A stretch of 64,000 nucleotides of DNA from NCBI GenBank assembly GCA_964016885.1, contig OZ024745.1, positions 107,570,001 through 107,634,000 on the forward strand, in the 5' to 3' direction. A model generated the notes under the pieces. It was not told the origin of the DNA. It ran no database searches and worked only from the letters and a program-made list of their open reading frames with translations. Positions 27,720-42,908 of the stretch are shown piece by piece. Every line of letters starts with the position of its first letter. Within the stretch, counting starts at the first letter, position 1. Position numbers and translations under genes: made by a program. The stretch comes from Eledone cirrhosa. Its lineage: Eukaryota.

Positions 27720-28113
27720 TTATGCTTATATTAGATATAACTAAATATACAAGGAACAAGTAAAGTCATCCCACCCACAGGGAGGTGTGAAGCCATTACC
27801 TAGGTTGAGTCAGAGCGTTGGTTTCTCTTCGTAATAATACCTAAGTATCTCATAAGTATTTTCTCTATTGAAAGAGCAAAATAACATGCAGCCCACCCTG
27901 GAAATGTTTGTTTCCTGATCAGATAAGCAATCACTGTGATCTTCATAAGTGATCTATCATCTAAGTGTCTCTTGAAATCTGGGCCTATTTCCTCTTCCTC
28001 CTCCTGGACATTAGTACATCGCTCTCAAACTTTCAAAATGTTCAGTTCTGCTGTAATTTAAATGTTTTAACTTTTCGCAGGACCGTGTATTTATGTGTAT
28101 TATTATTGTTGTT

Positions 28114-28229
28114 ATTCTGAGTTCAAATCCCGCCGAGGTTAACTTTGCTTTTCATCCTTACAGGGTCGATAAAATAAAGTACCAGTAATACACTGTAAAA
28201 TTGCTGGCCTCGTTCCAAAAGTAGAAACA
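28114..28229 (+). mobile_element. 5'-truncated SINE family A with TSD
   Basis: TSD ATTATTATTGTTGTT at 28099 and 28230. Confidence 0.85.
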
Positions 28230-30046
28230 ATTATTATTGTTGTTTTTGTTATTATTTTTTGTTTTTAACTGTATCACTAGGGTCGTCCAAATGATTGTTA
28301 TTATTATCTGTCAAAAAGTCATTATACTTTTTCGGTGTTAAATACGTACGCCCTGCTGTGTAATTAAATTTTTCTTTTATTTCATTTGCCTTTTATGCGA
28401 TAGTATTGATTTTTATGTTTTTTGTGGGCGTTGTGTATTTAGTGGGAAACCATCTTAATTTGAACGTAAACAAAATATATTTTCGTTAAAACAATGTTCC
28501 GAACTGACAAACATATCATCTATCATAGACATATGGTAGTTATTGACCACAATGACTCACACATTCAAATCAAACGGTGAAACATGGCTCTTAGAAAACA
28601 TGTTGGATTGGACTGTGCAATGTTATATAAAATATATTGATAAAGATGAAATCAAGAAGAAAAAGAAGCCGATTGTCAAATCAGACCAAAGAAACTATGT
28701 TTCCATTGGTCTTTGCATCGCTGATGCAGTCTGCCGACCTCAACGTGTGGTAGATGCAGATTAAAGAACAGAATATAAATATAAATTCATATAAAAAATA
28801 ATTAAGACAAGATATATTCTAAACAATGGAAAAAATTGCGGATCCAATAATATAAGGACCAGAACCCAATAAACGCCTCACAATCATTATCACCCACCTT
28901 CCCAAGTTGACAAATGACTAACCACCCCATCCTGCAACCTAGTTGAAAGGCAACAGAAGCGACCCTCCACCTTGTCTTAGATTTCCTAGAAATAGCAGCC
29001 AAACATCTACATTTTATATCTTACTCTCCTCACAATGGATTAGCATCATAGAAAATATAGTCCTACTACATCAGGAATGAGCTGGAGCTAAACAACAGTG
29101 GAATGGATCTCTGTCTATTTTGAACATGAGCAAGCTCATGAAATTAATGTTCAATTGGCTGAGCATTCCATAGAAATGCGAAGCCGTAACGTAATTGTTC
29201 TCAGAAAGATTCAGGTGACACAGTGTGTGTGTCACCTGAAATTACAGGTAACTCCTAGCGATGGGCTTTCAAACAGTTTTTTTGTACCCAATTTCATTCA
29301 CAGGTTATGAGTCGATCCAAGGCTATAGTAAACAGACATTTGCCAAAGATGTGGCGCCGTGGTATCAAAACCGAAACTTAGTGATTACGAAACGAACTTC
29401 TTAACCATTTGTCAATGTTGCGTCCACTTTCTTAGCTACAGTAACAACCAACATACTCAGCTACCATTATGAAGCTGCCACTCAACGTAACTCATAAAGG
29501 TAATATCCTTCACTACCCACCAATTTATATCTCACAACAGAATCATGAAAAGCTATTAAAACCAAACTACCAGCCAGATAGCTATATAGCTAGTGTAGCA
29601 GTACAGCTGTCGAACCAGCTAATCAGAAATATAACATGTTAATAATTATAATTGAATGTTTAAGCTTAATGCGCCTTCCATAGTACCGATATAATACGGA
29701 ATGTTGTAGGGGTGGTGACTTTAGTGGAAATTAAACAAAGCAAAGAATATCAAGAGCAATTACTGCAACAATATTTAACCATTGAATATTTCTTTCATTC
29801 TTTCATTCATTCTTTCGTTCTTTTAATTTACATGCAGCTCTTTCTCATTCCCCCTCACCTAAACCCAGTGAGTACATATAATTATAAATTTATTTCATTT
29901 AAAATTTGAACGCATATGACATACAGTAATATACATTAGACCCTCACGTACACGTATATATGTGGGTGGGGTGCATAATTATATTTACTCTTTTACTCTT
30001 TTACCTGTTCCAGCCATCCGGCTGAGGCCACGCTGGGGCACCGCCC

Positions 30047-30141
30047 CATACATGCATACATACATACATACATACATACATACATACATACATACATACA
30101 TACATACATACATACATACATACATACATACATACATACAT
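30047..30141. repeat. (TACA)n microsatellite
   Basis: Seen directly. Confidence 0.95.
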
Positions 30142-30614
30142 AGATGCTTGTATATTTTCGATGATATAATTTATAGTTGTTCGATCAAGAAAATTGCCCC
30201 TTTAAATTATAGTTTAAGTGGTTGAATATTCCTCAGATTCTTTGTAAAATCAACGTGATACTCGGGCAAATCTAGAATCACAGAGTATGCGAAACGTTGT
30301 CTCTTTCAATTAGATGTAAATCTATCAGCCGTACTTACACATTCTTCGTCAACCCCATTTCAATGTCGAAGCTTAGATTCACCTGAGGCTATTGTAAACT
30401 TAATTTACCCAAGACGACATGCTGTAGTATCGAACCCCGCACCTTCGTATTTCATAGCCATCATTTTAATAAATGGGTCATGCCTTACACACACACACAC
30501 ACACACCACACACCACACACCACACACCACACACACACATACACATATACACACACATACACACACACACAATGTAATCAAATTTACAAAAAAGCTGCAA
30601 TCTTTATTGTCTCA

Positions 30615-30710
30615 TGCTTGGTGAGGAGGGTGATATTTGGACACCCTGCGGGATGATATACAAGACTCGACAGAGGGCGGAGGAACTCAGCAGAGTCAAC
30701 GGCCATCCAA
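30615..30710 (+). mobile_element. Dispersed repeat (probable retroposon UTR fragment), copies at 39622-39790 (-) and 47866-48050 (+)
   Basis: Shared CTTGGTGAGGAGGGTGAT(A)TTTGGACACCCTGC..GAGAGTCAACGGCCATCC. Confidence 0.65.
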
Positions 30711-31258
30711 ATAGTACTTTTTTTTCACCTGGGAGTGAAAGGGTTCCAGATGTTATCACAACACCTTTCTACGAATTGTTGTCCAGTTCTCCTTTTCGGG
30801 TAGTGTTTTCGATGCTCAGAGAGTGGGATTGGTCGAGTGCAAGGCCTTTCCCCACTTAAAAACCCATCAAAGCACAGGCATTGCTTGTTCAGGATATGTT
30901 ACAGGTTCGTGTGGCTGGCTGTAGCCTAAAAGTTCACCAAACTCAATAATCTGACAAGCGATTGCAGTACTCTTAGCAGAGTTTTCAGCCATCTTATATA
31001 TATATATATATATAGATAGATAGATAGATAGATAAATATACACGGGTGTGTATGATTGTGTATAGAAGATTATATTAATAAGAGGAATTCCAACTTTGTC
31101 TGATTTACTCGTTTTATTTACAATCCTTTAAAATTTATAATGATACTATAATGAAATAGTATAATAGAATATTAAATGTTAAGTGTTAATTGAACAAGTA
31201 CTTTCATGCTTTCGCAATCTTCAGGTTCATAATGTGTGGTGACAGTCAAGTATATATA

Positions 31259-32174
<916 letters not shown>

Positions 32175-32614
32175 TTAGTTACAACTGGTTATCCAGGCAA
32201 CTCCTGGTGGAATCGTAGGGATGTCGCAGTGATATACCCATCACCTCTTCGAGTTTGAACACATCAAATTTCTTCTAGAAAAGGATAGAGACTGAGAGAC
32301 AGGAAGTGAGGAAAAGATACAGAAGGGGAATCGTACCCAGTACTGGATAGATAGTTTTTTTTTTACAAACCTCAGAAGGATGAAAAGCAAAGTTGACTGC
32401 AGCGGTGTTTGAACTCAGGGGGCAGATTCGGAACAAATGCCACAAAACAATCTATCCAACATTCTAATGACTCTGCCGAATCGCCGCCTGCGCTGTGTAT
32501 TATAAATTATAAATACGAAGAGAGCATTGTTGTTTTATGTTGTTCTTACTGTTCTGATCAAGTTGAGACGTTTATCTAGAACTACATTATCCAATATGTT
32601 GTCTTTTTTATAAT

Positions 32615-32801
32615 TGTTTCTACTTTAAGCACAAGGCCAGCAAATACCCAGTGCATTACTGGTACTTTATTTTATCGACCCCGTAAGGATGAAAGGCAAA
32701 GTCAACCTCGGCGGGATTTGAACTCAGATCGTAAAGGGACGTAACTATGCTGGAAAGCATGGCGTCCGACCTTCCACTGATACTGCCAATCCACCGCCCT
32801 C
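32615..32801 (-). mobile_element. SINE family A with TSD
   Basis: TSD TTGTCTT(T/C)TTTATAAT at 32599 and 32802. Confidence 0.9.
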
Positions 32802-33005
32802 TTGTCTTCTTTATAATGGTAGAATGTAACATTAGATTAATTGTCGATTAATTTTAGGGGGTAAATTGACCACATAAACGTGAGGAAGAAATTGTTGTTG
32901 CTCTTTAGATCCCAGGTCAACTTGGATTGTGCAGACCGGTGGCTTAAACATATTAACAATAACCAAACTTTCTGTATGTGTGTATGTTTGTGTATGTGTG
33001 TGCGG

Positions 33006-33036
<31 letters not shown>

Positions 33037-34594
33037 GTGTGTAAGTATTGATATTTGACTTCGTGTAGAAGTAAATAAGACACAGAGGTGATAGATTGAT
33101 AAGATAACCCAATTAAACAGGGATGATATATAAGAGAGAGTGAGAGGAAGATTAAGGAGAAAAAAAAGTAGAGAATGAGAAACAGGGGAGAGAAGTTTCG
33201 GAAGAGGCAAACAGAAACACATAAAATATAAAACATAAATAGTGAGAGGGATAAAGACAAGGGAAGGGGAAGAGTACACAAGTTAAATTGTCCAATAAAC
33301 ATTTCTTCACTATACTGGCGTCTTAGGTGACAATACGGAAATCTATACTACAAATATGCCATATGAAATACATACCATTTTTGTGGAATATAGAATCTCA
33401 CACATTCACACATACCTTCCTCCGCACACACACATATAATAAACAAACAAACAAACATATGTTATATGTTTTTTGTTTATTTTGAAGTGCAAAACCATAA
33501 AAGTGCTCAAAACAACGTCGAGTGAGAAATATGTGGAGACTGGTATATGTTTATCTATGTACAAAGTAAACAGGGATTGCATTGTTGGGCAACGGTTTCA
33601 TTAACTCGGCTAGTTGATCATCTATACATGCCACTGAATTGAAAAGAAACAGCTTAAAGGGTTTAAATCGTTACAGCCAGTTATTATCTATCATGCATAA
33701 TCGGCTCCTGTTTGAAATTCATTGGGTACGTGTCAATAGCTCGAAATTATTAGTTTCTTTCATTTCAAATTGGATGTAAAGCTTTTCTGTAAGACAAAAC
33801 TCGCAGCTATTCGAGTCATTCATAAATCCTTGGTTTCGTTCAGTGTGATGATGTCTCCCGGCGATCATGCATTTATAACAAAGAAAGACATCTGATGCGC
33901 CGTAAAGCTAAAAACTATATTTCCCCCTAACAACATGACTGAATTGGGAAACGACGGGATACGACTCTGACAGTTGAAACAGCACCGCTGCAGAAGATAG
34001 TAACATCTAACTTATTGGCAAATATTCACACATCAACATATTCCAACTTCTAGCACATACGCTCGTTTTACTCTTTCTGTCTCTTCTATCACTGATACAA
34101 TAGTATCTGCTCTATAAAGCTAGCTAGATCAATATCACCTCACTATTCCTTACCATAAAGTATTCTGTACCCTCTGCCAGGACACAGAGTATCTACTATG
34201 ACCATTCAAAACTCCGGGTTTCCTACTCATCTACTTTACTTTCGACTTGTAGCTGTTATATCTCTAAAAGCTTTCGACTGTAATCGCATATATGAAATGT
34301 TCACCGGCGCTTTGCTTGTTGCCCTGAAGAGAAATAGCCTCGAACAAAAGTTGGCTATCCCTTTTCAGAGCAACAGATAAGATACCACTGCTATCAACTC
34401 TCCTCTCAATAAGACACTTTCCGACGATGTATATCTTAATGCAAAAAAAAAATACTTTTTGTGAATACACAACTTTGCTACTACTAGCGTAACCTGTTAG
34501 TTGTGTATTAGTATTTTTGTAAAATGAAGATATCTAGATTTCATTGTAATGTTTAATATGTCGCAAAATGCTATCTATAAAAAATACTCGATCT

Positions 34595-34780
34595 GAGACC
34601 TGTCAACTCTCCCCGTCGTACGGGGAGATCTCACACCCACTTTGGAGTGGATGAGAGATGTGACAATGGGTATAGCTTTCATTATGAATAATCTCCCCAT
34701 TTTGCCTCATTTCTCCCCGTTTTCGGGGCACTTTTTTCCATGGTACACTCCGTTTAAATTTTTAGAGGTTGGCAGGTCTG
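34595..34780. mobile_element. Possible MITE (hAT-like TIRs)
   Basis: AGACCTGTCAAC .. GTTGGCAGGTCT termini; repeated CTCCCCG subterminal motifs; TSD unclear. Confidence 0.5.
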
Positions 34781-34795
34781 CGATCCCTTTATCTT

Positions 34796-34826
<31 letters not shown>

Positions 34827-35009
34827 TCTATGCTCTATAATTAGTTTTTCAAATATATATACAGTCATATATTAACATGCCGAATATATCGTAAAGCCAT
34901 CCTGTTATAGCTTATTGTGACTAATTTGTGACAAATTAAAGTCGTGTGTTTCTTTATTTCGCTTGACTAAAATACGTTTTAACTAAAATAGTGTGGCATT
35001 ATTGTATCA

Positions 35010-35196
35010 AAAGGTGGTGGATTGGCAGTATCGGTAGAGGTTTGGACGCCATACTTTCGAGCATAGTTACGTCCCTTTACGGTTTGAGTTCAAATCCCGC
35101 CGAGGTTAACTTTGCATTTCATCCTTACTGGGTCGATAAAATAAAGTACCAGTAATACACTGGGTAATTGCTGGCCTTGTGCCAAAAGTAGAAACA
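35010..35196 (+). mobile_element. SINE family A with TSD
   Basis: TSD ATTATTGTATCA at 34998 and 35197. Confidence 0.9.
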
Positions 35197-36414
35197 ATTA
35201 TTGTATCATTTTATGACTTACGACTAGTGTATTTTGTTTCCTTGAAACATTTGTCATAATTGGGTAATGTTATAAAGATGACGTGTTTGGTTTTTTTTTG
35301 TTATATTTTATGGTTTAATCAGAGAAGAAAGGGCGATGCACTATTTGCTGGGTTACTAAGACTGGTAAAAGGTAGGCAGAATTTTAACCTGAGACCAGAA
35401 ATGTCTTGAAAATGTTTGCAACAGAGTAGACTCCGATAATGATACCTAAGTGTCAGATAATGGTTTTAGTTGGACAGATTAAGTCTCCAATTCAATGACA
35501 CGAGTAGTCCTTCTAACTGCCAAATCAAATATAACTGAAGCTATCATAGAAGCTACTTGTTAAGAAAGAAACAGAGCAGGATCGAGCCCAAGATTATTTA
35601 GTTGCGAAAGTAATCGGTTAATATACAATTACACATTCTTATTTAATAGGGCTAGTTTATATAGAGATTTTCTTTCGTTTTTTCTTTTTCCTTTTTCCTA
35701 AAATATATCTCCTAAAAATATAACCCCCCGCCCTCACAACAGAGGAAAAGAAGTTGATCAAATGCTAGGTATTCAATGACCGATTCCTTTTTTATGTCAG
35801 TTGCTCCTGACTGAACTGCCGTTTTCTAACAACAAATTGGAATAATGAGACCATGCAAAAGGGTGGACCCACATGAGATAGAATAGTAGATGCAGAGGGT
35901 ATCACTGGCTTTTCTCCGTAGCAACATTTTCGTCATCATGTCCGCAGAATTCAGCTGAAATATGCTGTCCAACCTAAAATATAGATTTTCTCTTTCTTTT
36001 CTTGTGATAACATATTTCCCTTGGAATCCATTCACAGTTCTCAAACATAGTCGTATGGCTGGGTTATGTCATTTATTTTCTTTAATACACTTCATACAAT
36101 TATGTGTAAAAACTATAATGTAGTAAACTTATAATATCTTACTGATGTAGTATATTTGTTTGTCTTACTGAAATATGTATCAAAATTGTACATATGTTTC
36201 AGTTATTTGGTTTTATTGAAAGAAGAATCTTAAATGTACTAAGCCATGAGTCAGTATCATTAGTTTCTGATGCATGTATTTATTTCTTTTGAATGAAATG
36301 GATATCGTAATGATATCAGTATTATAACTTATAATTTTTAATGACTCCACATGTGGTATTCTGACTACAAATAGTACAGTTCAGATTCAAATGTGTCTCG
36401 TTAAAATAGGTACC

Positions 36415-36469
<55 letters not shown>

Positions 36470-36508
36470 CATGAGAAGAAAGAAGAATACTGCGTGATTG
36501 CACATGGG

Positions 36509-36550
<42 letters not shown>

Positions 36551-37049
36551 TGTAGTTTAGTTAGTACAAAATATTGTGAAATATGTAGTAAATGACCGAT
36601 AAGTACGTTTTTTTTAAAAGCTGGAAAGTACGAAGGGAAAATGATGGTAAAGCAATATTTTACTTTGTTTTGTATTGTTTCATTTACTATAATGAATTCA
36701 AAGTTTAGCTCCCAGAAATATTTTCGGTTAGTGTTTTATAGATATATAAATTCATAATTTTAATTTACTATCGCGTTGTAAATGACAATATGACTTTTAG
36801 GGATATATTGGGTTTTTCCTGTCTCTGATAATACAATACACCTACTGGGGATTCAACTCATATTAGTTAACTATCCAGATGTAATTAAGTTGGTAGCAAT
36901 ACTGATTTTAGGTAGTAAAGTAAACTAGTTAGATATTACATGGATGTAACTCTATTCTTCGTGTACATACTAAAATGTTGATAATAATACGGCAAGAAGT
37001 AATTAGTTTTCGAGATTCTGCAATACGGATTTATTTCCTATGAATTAAT

Positions 37050-37274
37050 ATTGGTTTCTGATTTAGGCTCAAGGCCAGCAATTTTGGGGTAAGGGAAAGT
37101 CGATTAAATTTACCCCAATGTCTTACTGGTACTTTATTTTATCGACACCGTAAGTATGAAAGGCAAAGCTAACCTCGGCAGGATTTGAACTCCGAAGGTA
37201 AATGGGCCGTAACTCTAAGCCACAACGCATGGTGTCCGACGCTCTACCAATACTGCCAATCCACTGTTTTATTA
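37050..37274 (-). mobile_element. SINE family A (long variant) with TSD
   Basis: TSD TCCTATGAATTAAT at 37036 and 37275. Confidence 0.85.
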
Positions 37275-37544
37275 TCCTATGAATTAATTAGTTAATAAAT
37301 GTGTGAAGAGTCATATATTCTGTGTGATAATCATAAAAGAGTAGTGGATTAGTAATACGTTGTAAGTATCTTTCTACATTACTACAGATGTGTCTCCTAT
37401 TGCTAAAAAGGCTGCATGTTATATTGATGTGTCGTGTTTTATACTATGTTGTGCAATAATCTATTTCGGATAACCCAGAGTAGCAATCGGTTGGAAAATC
37501 TGAAATATATTTTGCGGTCACACACAGATACACATAGACTCATA

Positions 37545-38405
<861 letters not shown>

Positions 38406-38407
<2 letters not shown>

Positions 38408-38626
38408 GAGGCACGTGGCTGAGTGGTTAGAGAATTGGATTCACAATCGTGAGTTTGTGAGTTCGATTCCCGAACCGGGTGATGCGTTATGTCCTTGAGC
38501 AAGACACTTTATTTCACTTTGCTCCTTTTACCTGTAGTTGCGACCGATAAATAGTATTAGCAATTGGAAAGACCAATGGAAACATTGTTTCCTCGGTCCG
38601 ATTTGACGAAAATCGATCGACTGTCG
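38406..38626 (+). mobile_element. tRNA-derived CORE-type SINE
   Basis: A box TGGCTGAGTGG, B box GTTCGATTCC, CORE-like TGTCCTTGAGCAAGACACTTTA; inverted relative at 43888-44102. Confidence 0.8.
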
Positions 38627-38649
38627 ATATATATATATATATATATTAT

Positions 38650-38684
<35 letters not shown>

Positions 38685-38744
38685 CATATATATATTTATT
38701 CATACATATGTATGAATATGTATATATATATATATATATATGTT

Positions 38745-38781
<37 letters not shown>

Positions 38782-39124
38782 ATTTTCGTGTGGCCATGTG
38801 TCTGTCTGTATCTGTATGTAGTTGTATGTATGTGTAAGTGTGCGGGCATAAAACGAATTTCTACTTTAGCTGTAGCGTTAGTAAAGTTGGGAAGTGAAAT
38901 GGAAAATAGCTGACGTTTCAAGCTTGTCGATGTATCGCCGCCACCAAAAAAAAAGTGAGCGTACGTTTTCTTCTTAAATGACAACATAGTTTTTTAAAGT
39001 AATATTTTTAAAGGAAGTAAGCAAACATTCACCAGCCATCGACATGTATGTATATACATCGTATGTATGTACGATTTATGTATATACATATGTATGTATA
39101 TACATATGTATGTATATACATATG

Positions 39125-39315
39125 TATATGTACGATGTATGTATATACATCGTTCATACAAACGTACAAACGTACAGACATACGTACATACATACGTACA
39201 TACGTACGTAAGTACGTACGTATGTATGTACGTATGTATGTACGTTGTATGTATGCATGTATGTACGTATGTACGTTTGTATGAACGATGTATATACATA
39301 CATCGTACATACATA
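39125..39315. repeat. Foldback built from TACA/TATG-derived sequence
   Basis: TACGATGTATGTATATACATCGTTCATACAAACGTACA has its reverse complement at about 39270-39308. Confidence 0.75.
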
Positions 39316-39809
39316 CATATGTATGTATATCTTGTCGATGTATGTATGTATGTACGTACATACATACATACATACATACATACATACATACATACATACA
39401 TACATACATACATACATACATACATACATAATGGTTGCCCCCTCGTTATCGAGTATGGCCATTGCACGATATACCATTATTAGTAATTATTAATTAATTC
39501 CATCGTGCAATTCCTGTGCGCAAAGATTTTTTTTAAGTGAGGAAAGACTGTGCACTGAGCCAATCCCACTCTCTGAGCGACAGTAGCTATAACCCGAAAA
39601 GAAGAAAAGACCATATCATACATATTTACACATTTTTGTCAGGTTTTGTTTTTTGGTCTGCAGAGTATCCAAAATCACCCTCATCACCAAGTAAACTTGG
39701 TGGGGTTGCCAGTTTAGTCGCCGACGACCCGACCATGCGACAGATTGTACTGGGTTACATGTTACCAGTAGCACTCAAGAGTGATCCGACATAACATACA
39801 TACAAACAT

Positions 39810-40242
39810 AAAATTAAGGCACAACCGCTCTGATATTGTTGTTTGGGGCCACACATTGTAAACGTGCTCTGTTGTAGAGATCAGCTGCCAACTTGATGGT
39901 AACGTTGTAAGAAAAATACAAGAGAAGGAGGACATCTACAGACCATTGATAAGGAGTTTGCAGATCCTGTATCCAAAATACACCTTCAGCTTCATACCAA
40001 TCATTATTGGAGCTACAGGTTATATACCAACCCGCTTAAACCAAAGTATAACTGAACTTGGATTTGTGAACAAAGAGCGCAGCTCTCTAATTCATAGACT
40101 ACAAATGGCTGCGATAGCTGGCACTTTCAAAATTTGCAAAACATTCTTGCGATTCAAGGGATGACAATTTCTTTTCTGTTACAACCTTGCCACCAGGAAG
40201 GTGGCCGGTCAAACGTGTACTCGAAATTAAGAGAAAGAGAAA
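39810..40242 (+). mobile_element. R4/Dong-like non-LTR 3' fragment (restriction-like endonuclease)
   Basis: HNRSDIVVW..CSVVEISC.LD..EKEDIY..PIIIGATG; short 3' UTR running into (TACA)n. Confidence 0.8.
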
Positions 40243-40292
40243 CATACATACATACATACATACATACATACATACATACATACATACATACA

Positions 40293-40324
<32 letters not shown>

Positions 40325-40932
40325 CATAATATGAAAGAGTACTGGTGGAATGTTCCAGTAAAACCCCAATAAAATGGAGGCATAGCAGACCAGATATAAT
40401 AATAAGAGGCAGGGAAAAGAAAGCATGCACAGTCGTGGAAGTTAGCTGCCCAGCAGATACCAATATAATATCAAAGATTAGCGAAAAGGAGAATATTTAT
40501 GCAGAACTGATGAGAAATCTGCAGATACTCCACCCTGATTACACCTTCAGATTTATGCCTGTGATTATTGGGGCAATGGGGTATGTTAGTAACTGCCTCA
40601 ATACAAATCTTGAGAAGCTAGGCTTCACAGGAACAGAAAGAACACAACTAGTTAGGAAATTACAAGTACAATTTCTTAATGGAACAGTAAAAATATGCAA
40701 AACATTTCAAAAATTGTTCATCTAATAACTGCATATATACACATGTACAGATACAAAGGATATACACATGCACACATACAACTCAAAACATATACATCCA
40801 CACATACAATAACATCCATACCTACACATGCATGCAGACATGCATACATATCTACCTAGTTGATGTTGTATAAATTCCAATAGGAGAGTCTTGTAACTAT
40901 TAGAAACCGACTCTCTCTCTCTATTGGCAAAA
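40325..40932 (+). mobile_element. R4/Dong-like non-LTR 3' fragment, second family
   Basis: EYWWNVP..HSRPDIII..CTVVEVSCPAD..KISEKENIY..PVIIGAMG, a PD-(D/E)xK domain; flanked by (TACA)n on both sides. Confidence 0.85.
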
Positions 40933-40949
40933 ATACATACATACATACA

Positions 40950-40980
<31 letters not shown>

Positions 40981-40981
40981 G

Positions 40982-41257
40982 CAATCCGTAGAAAAGATAG
41001 CCCCGATAATAAACACATTAAAATCTACAGCAATGTGGAAGACATATGAAAGAGTAAAAACCCCAATAAAATGCAGGCATAGCAGACCAGATATGATATG
41101 GGACAGGGAGAAGAAGGCATGTACAGTAGTGCAGACATGCATACATATCTACCAAGTTGATGTTGTGTAAACATTCCAATGAGAGAGTCATGTGTCTATG
41201 ATAGAACCGACTCTCTCTCTATTGGCAAAAATTTGTGAAATTATAAACCCAGAAGAA
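40982..41257 (+). mobile_element. Internally deleted relative of the 40325 element
   Basis: KTPIKCRHSRPDMIWDREKKACTVV joined directly to 3' UTR sequence. Confidence 0.7.
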
Positions 41258-41666
41258 CATATACATAGATACAAACATACATACATAGATTATATACATT
41301 GGACTATAAATAATAGTTGAGAAAATCGTGTAAAGTGGACAAAAGCGCTAGTGAGCAATCAATCCGTTCATTTGTCAAATGAAGGGCGGATGCACACATT
41401 TCGAATTTTAAAGTTTCTGAATGCTTCTTAAGTAAAGTGCTTGGTTTACAGTTCTATCTAGAGTTCTATCTACAGTAAATTATTAAACAAAAAAGGAATC
41501 ACTGTCCAGCGGCTCTTTAGCGTAGAGATCAACGCACTCATCTGACATCGGTGAGATGAAGGTTTCAATATCTTGTAGGTGCCTCTCTCTATTTATTACT
41601 GACTCCCTGCTTATTTTACTAGATTTTCTCAGCTATTATTTATATCAAATGACTATTATTATCCTC

Positions 41667-41845
41667 GATTGGCAGTATCGGTGGAAGGTCGGACGCCATG
41701 CTTTTCAGCATAGAGTTACAGCCCTTTACAGTCTGAGTTCAATTCCTGCCGAGGTCAACTTTGCCTTTCATCCCTACGGGGTCGATAAAATACAGTACCA
41801 GTAATGCACTGGTTAATTGCTGGCCTTGTGCCAAATGTAGAAACA
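41667..41845 (+). mobile_element. SINE family A with TSD
   Basis: TSD ATTATTATCCTC at 41655 and 41846. Confidence 0.9.
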
Positions 41846-42219
41846 ATTATTATCCTCATTTGCGTTGGGACGTAGACCTTTCAAATTTTTCCCAAAGCCC
41901 CTTATGTGAATCACTTTTAAAGAATTGTTCTACTAGCTAAACTTGATCAACAAATCTATGGCATCAGTTACCGTGAATAGTAAATGATAACTTGATACGA
42001 TATAAGTGCATTAAATGGTCTAAAATACCTGACACGCGATAGGCGAGGAAAAATTTGAGAAATATACAAAAATACCAAATGTAACAGCCCATTAAACTTA
42101 ATACTCGAAGAACAAGCTTCTGTTTTCGTTTTTATAACCAAAAAGCATATTGCTTATACATTTATTCGTAATCACTAATATTTTCATTATTATTAGTATT
42201 TAATATTTCCCAATCCCCC

Positions 42220-42257
<38 letters not shown>

Positions 42258-42302
42258 GTCAATGATATTAATAAATGGAAACTATATTTATAAAACCATA
42301 TT

Positions 42303-42362
42303 TATTTTATATATATATTTCAAGGGTACCAAAATGTTGGTACGCTCGCATCAGATAAAATA
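42303..42362 (-). ncRNA. Hammerhead motif homologous to 14589, mutated core
   Basis: TATTTTAT-CTGATGC-GAGCGTACCAA-CATT-TTGGTACCCTT-GAAA-TATATAT-ATAAAATA; A9C change and one base lost at the cleavage site. Confidence 0.6.
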
Positions 42363-42624
42363 CAAAATGTGTTTTATAAATGGTGACATACCCAAGAAAC
42401 CAGACCTTATCGGTTCAGGTTCAGTTTGGATAGTGAAAGAAATTTCAAATATATATATATAATATATATATATATAATATATATTATATATATATATTAT
42501 AGAGAGAGAGAGAGATTTTGAGTATATGTTGGTTGTATACCAACACCAAAGTATGCAGGCTGGAGCACTCGACGAAGTGCGCAGGTTGGTTTGGTTACTC
42601 CGGAGTAATGTAAAATAAAGTAAA

Positions 42625-42908
42625 ATAAAAAGTCAAATGTTTAAAATTTAGCTTCGTTTATTACTGCTATATATATTTCAGTGACAGCCATATTTGGCTG
42701 TGACCTCTTCAGGCAGTCCGAATTAGTGTGGTATAGACAAGTACATATGTTGTTGAGGTGTATAATTTTGTGAATACTCTGATATGTCCAGTTCCTGGTT
42801 AGGTTGTTATTTCTCTGAGGAACTGGAATCATATCTTTGGCTGGGCTGTCACTGAAATATATATAGCAGTAATAAACGAAGCTAAATTTTAAACATTTGA
42901 CTTTTTAT
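42625..42908. repeat. 65-bp perfect inverted repeat cassette
   Basis: Arms 42625-42689 and 42844-42908. Confidence 0.9.
42663..42717 (-). ncRNA. Type I hammerhead ribozyme, complete core
   Basis: ACTGC-CTGAAGA-GGTCACAGCC-AAATAT-GGCTGTCACT-GAAA-TATATATA-GCAGT: 5-bp stem I, 10-bp stem II with one mismatch, palindromic stem III, AUA site. Confidence 0.75.

Noticed and set aside
34321-34356. Hammerhead-like CTGAAGA-GA..TC-GAAC..GTT-GGC
   Set aside because: Core lacks one A, stems are only 2-3 bp, no second copy in the window; compatible with chance
35826-35975. Candidate minus-strand exon after TATTTTAG acceptor
   Set aside because: No recognisable protein in any frame and no supporting partner exon
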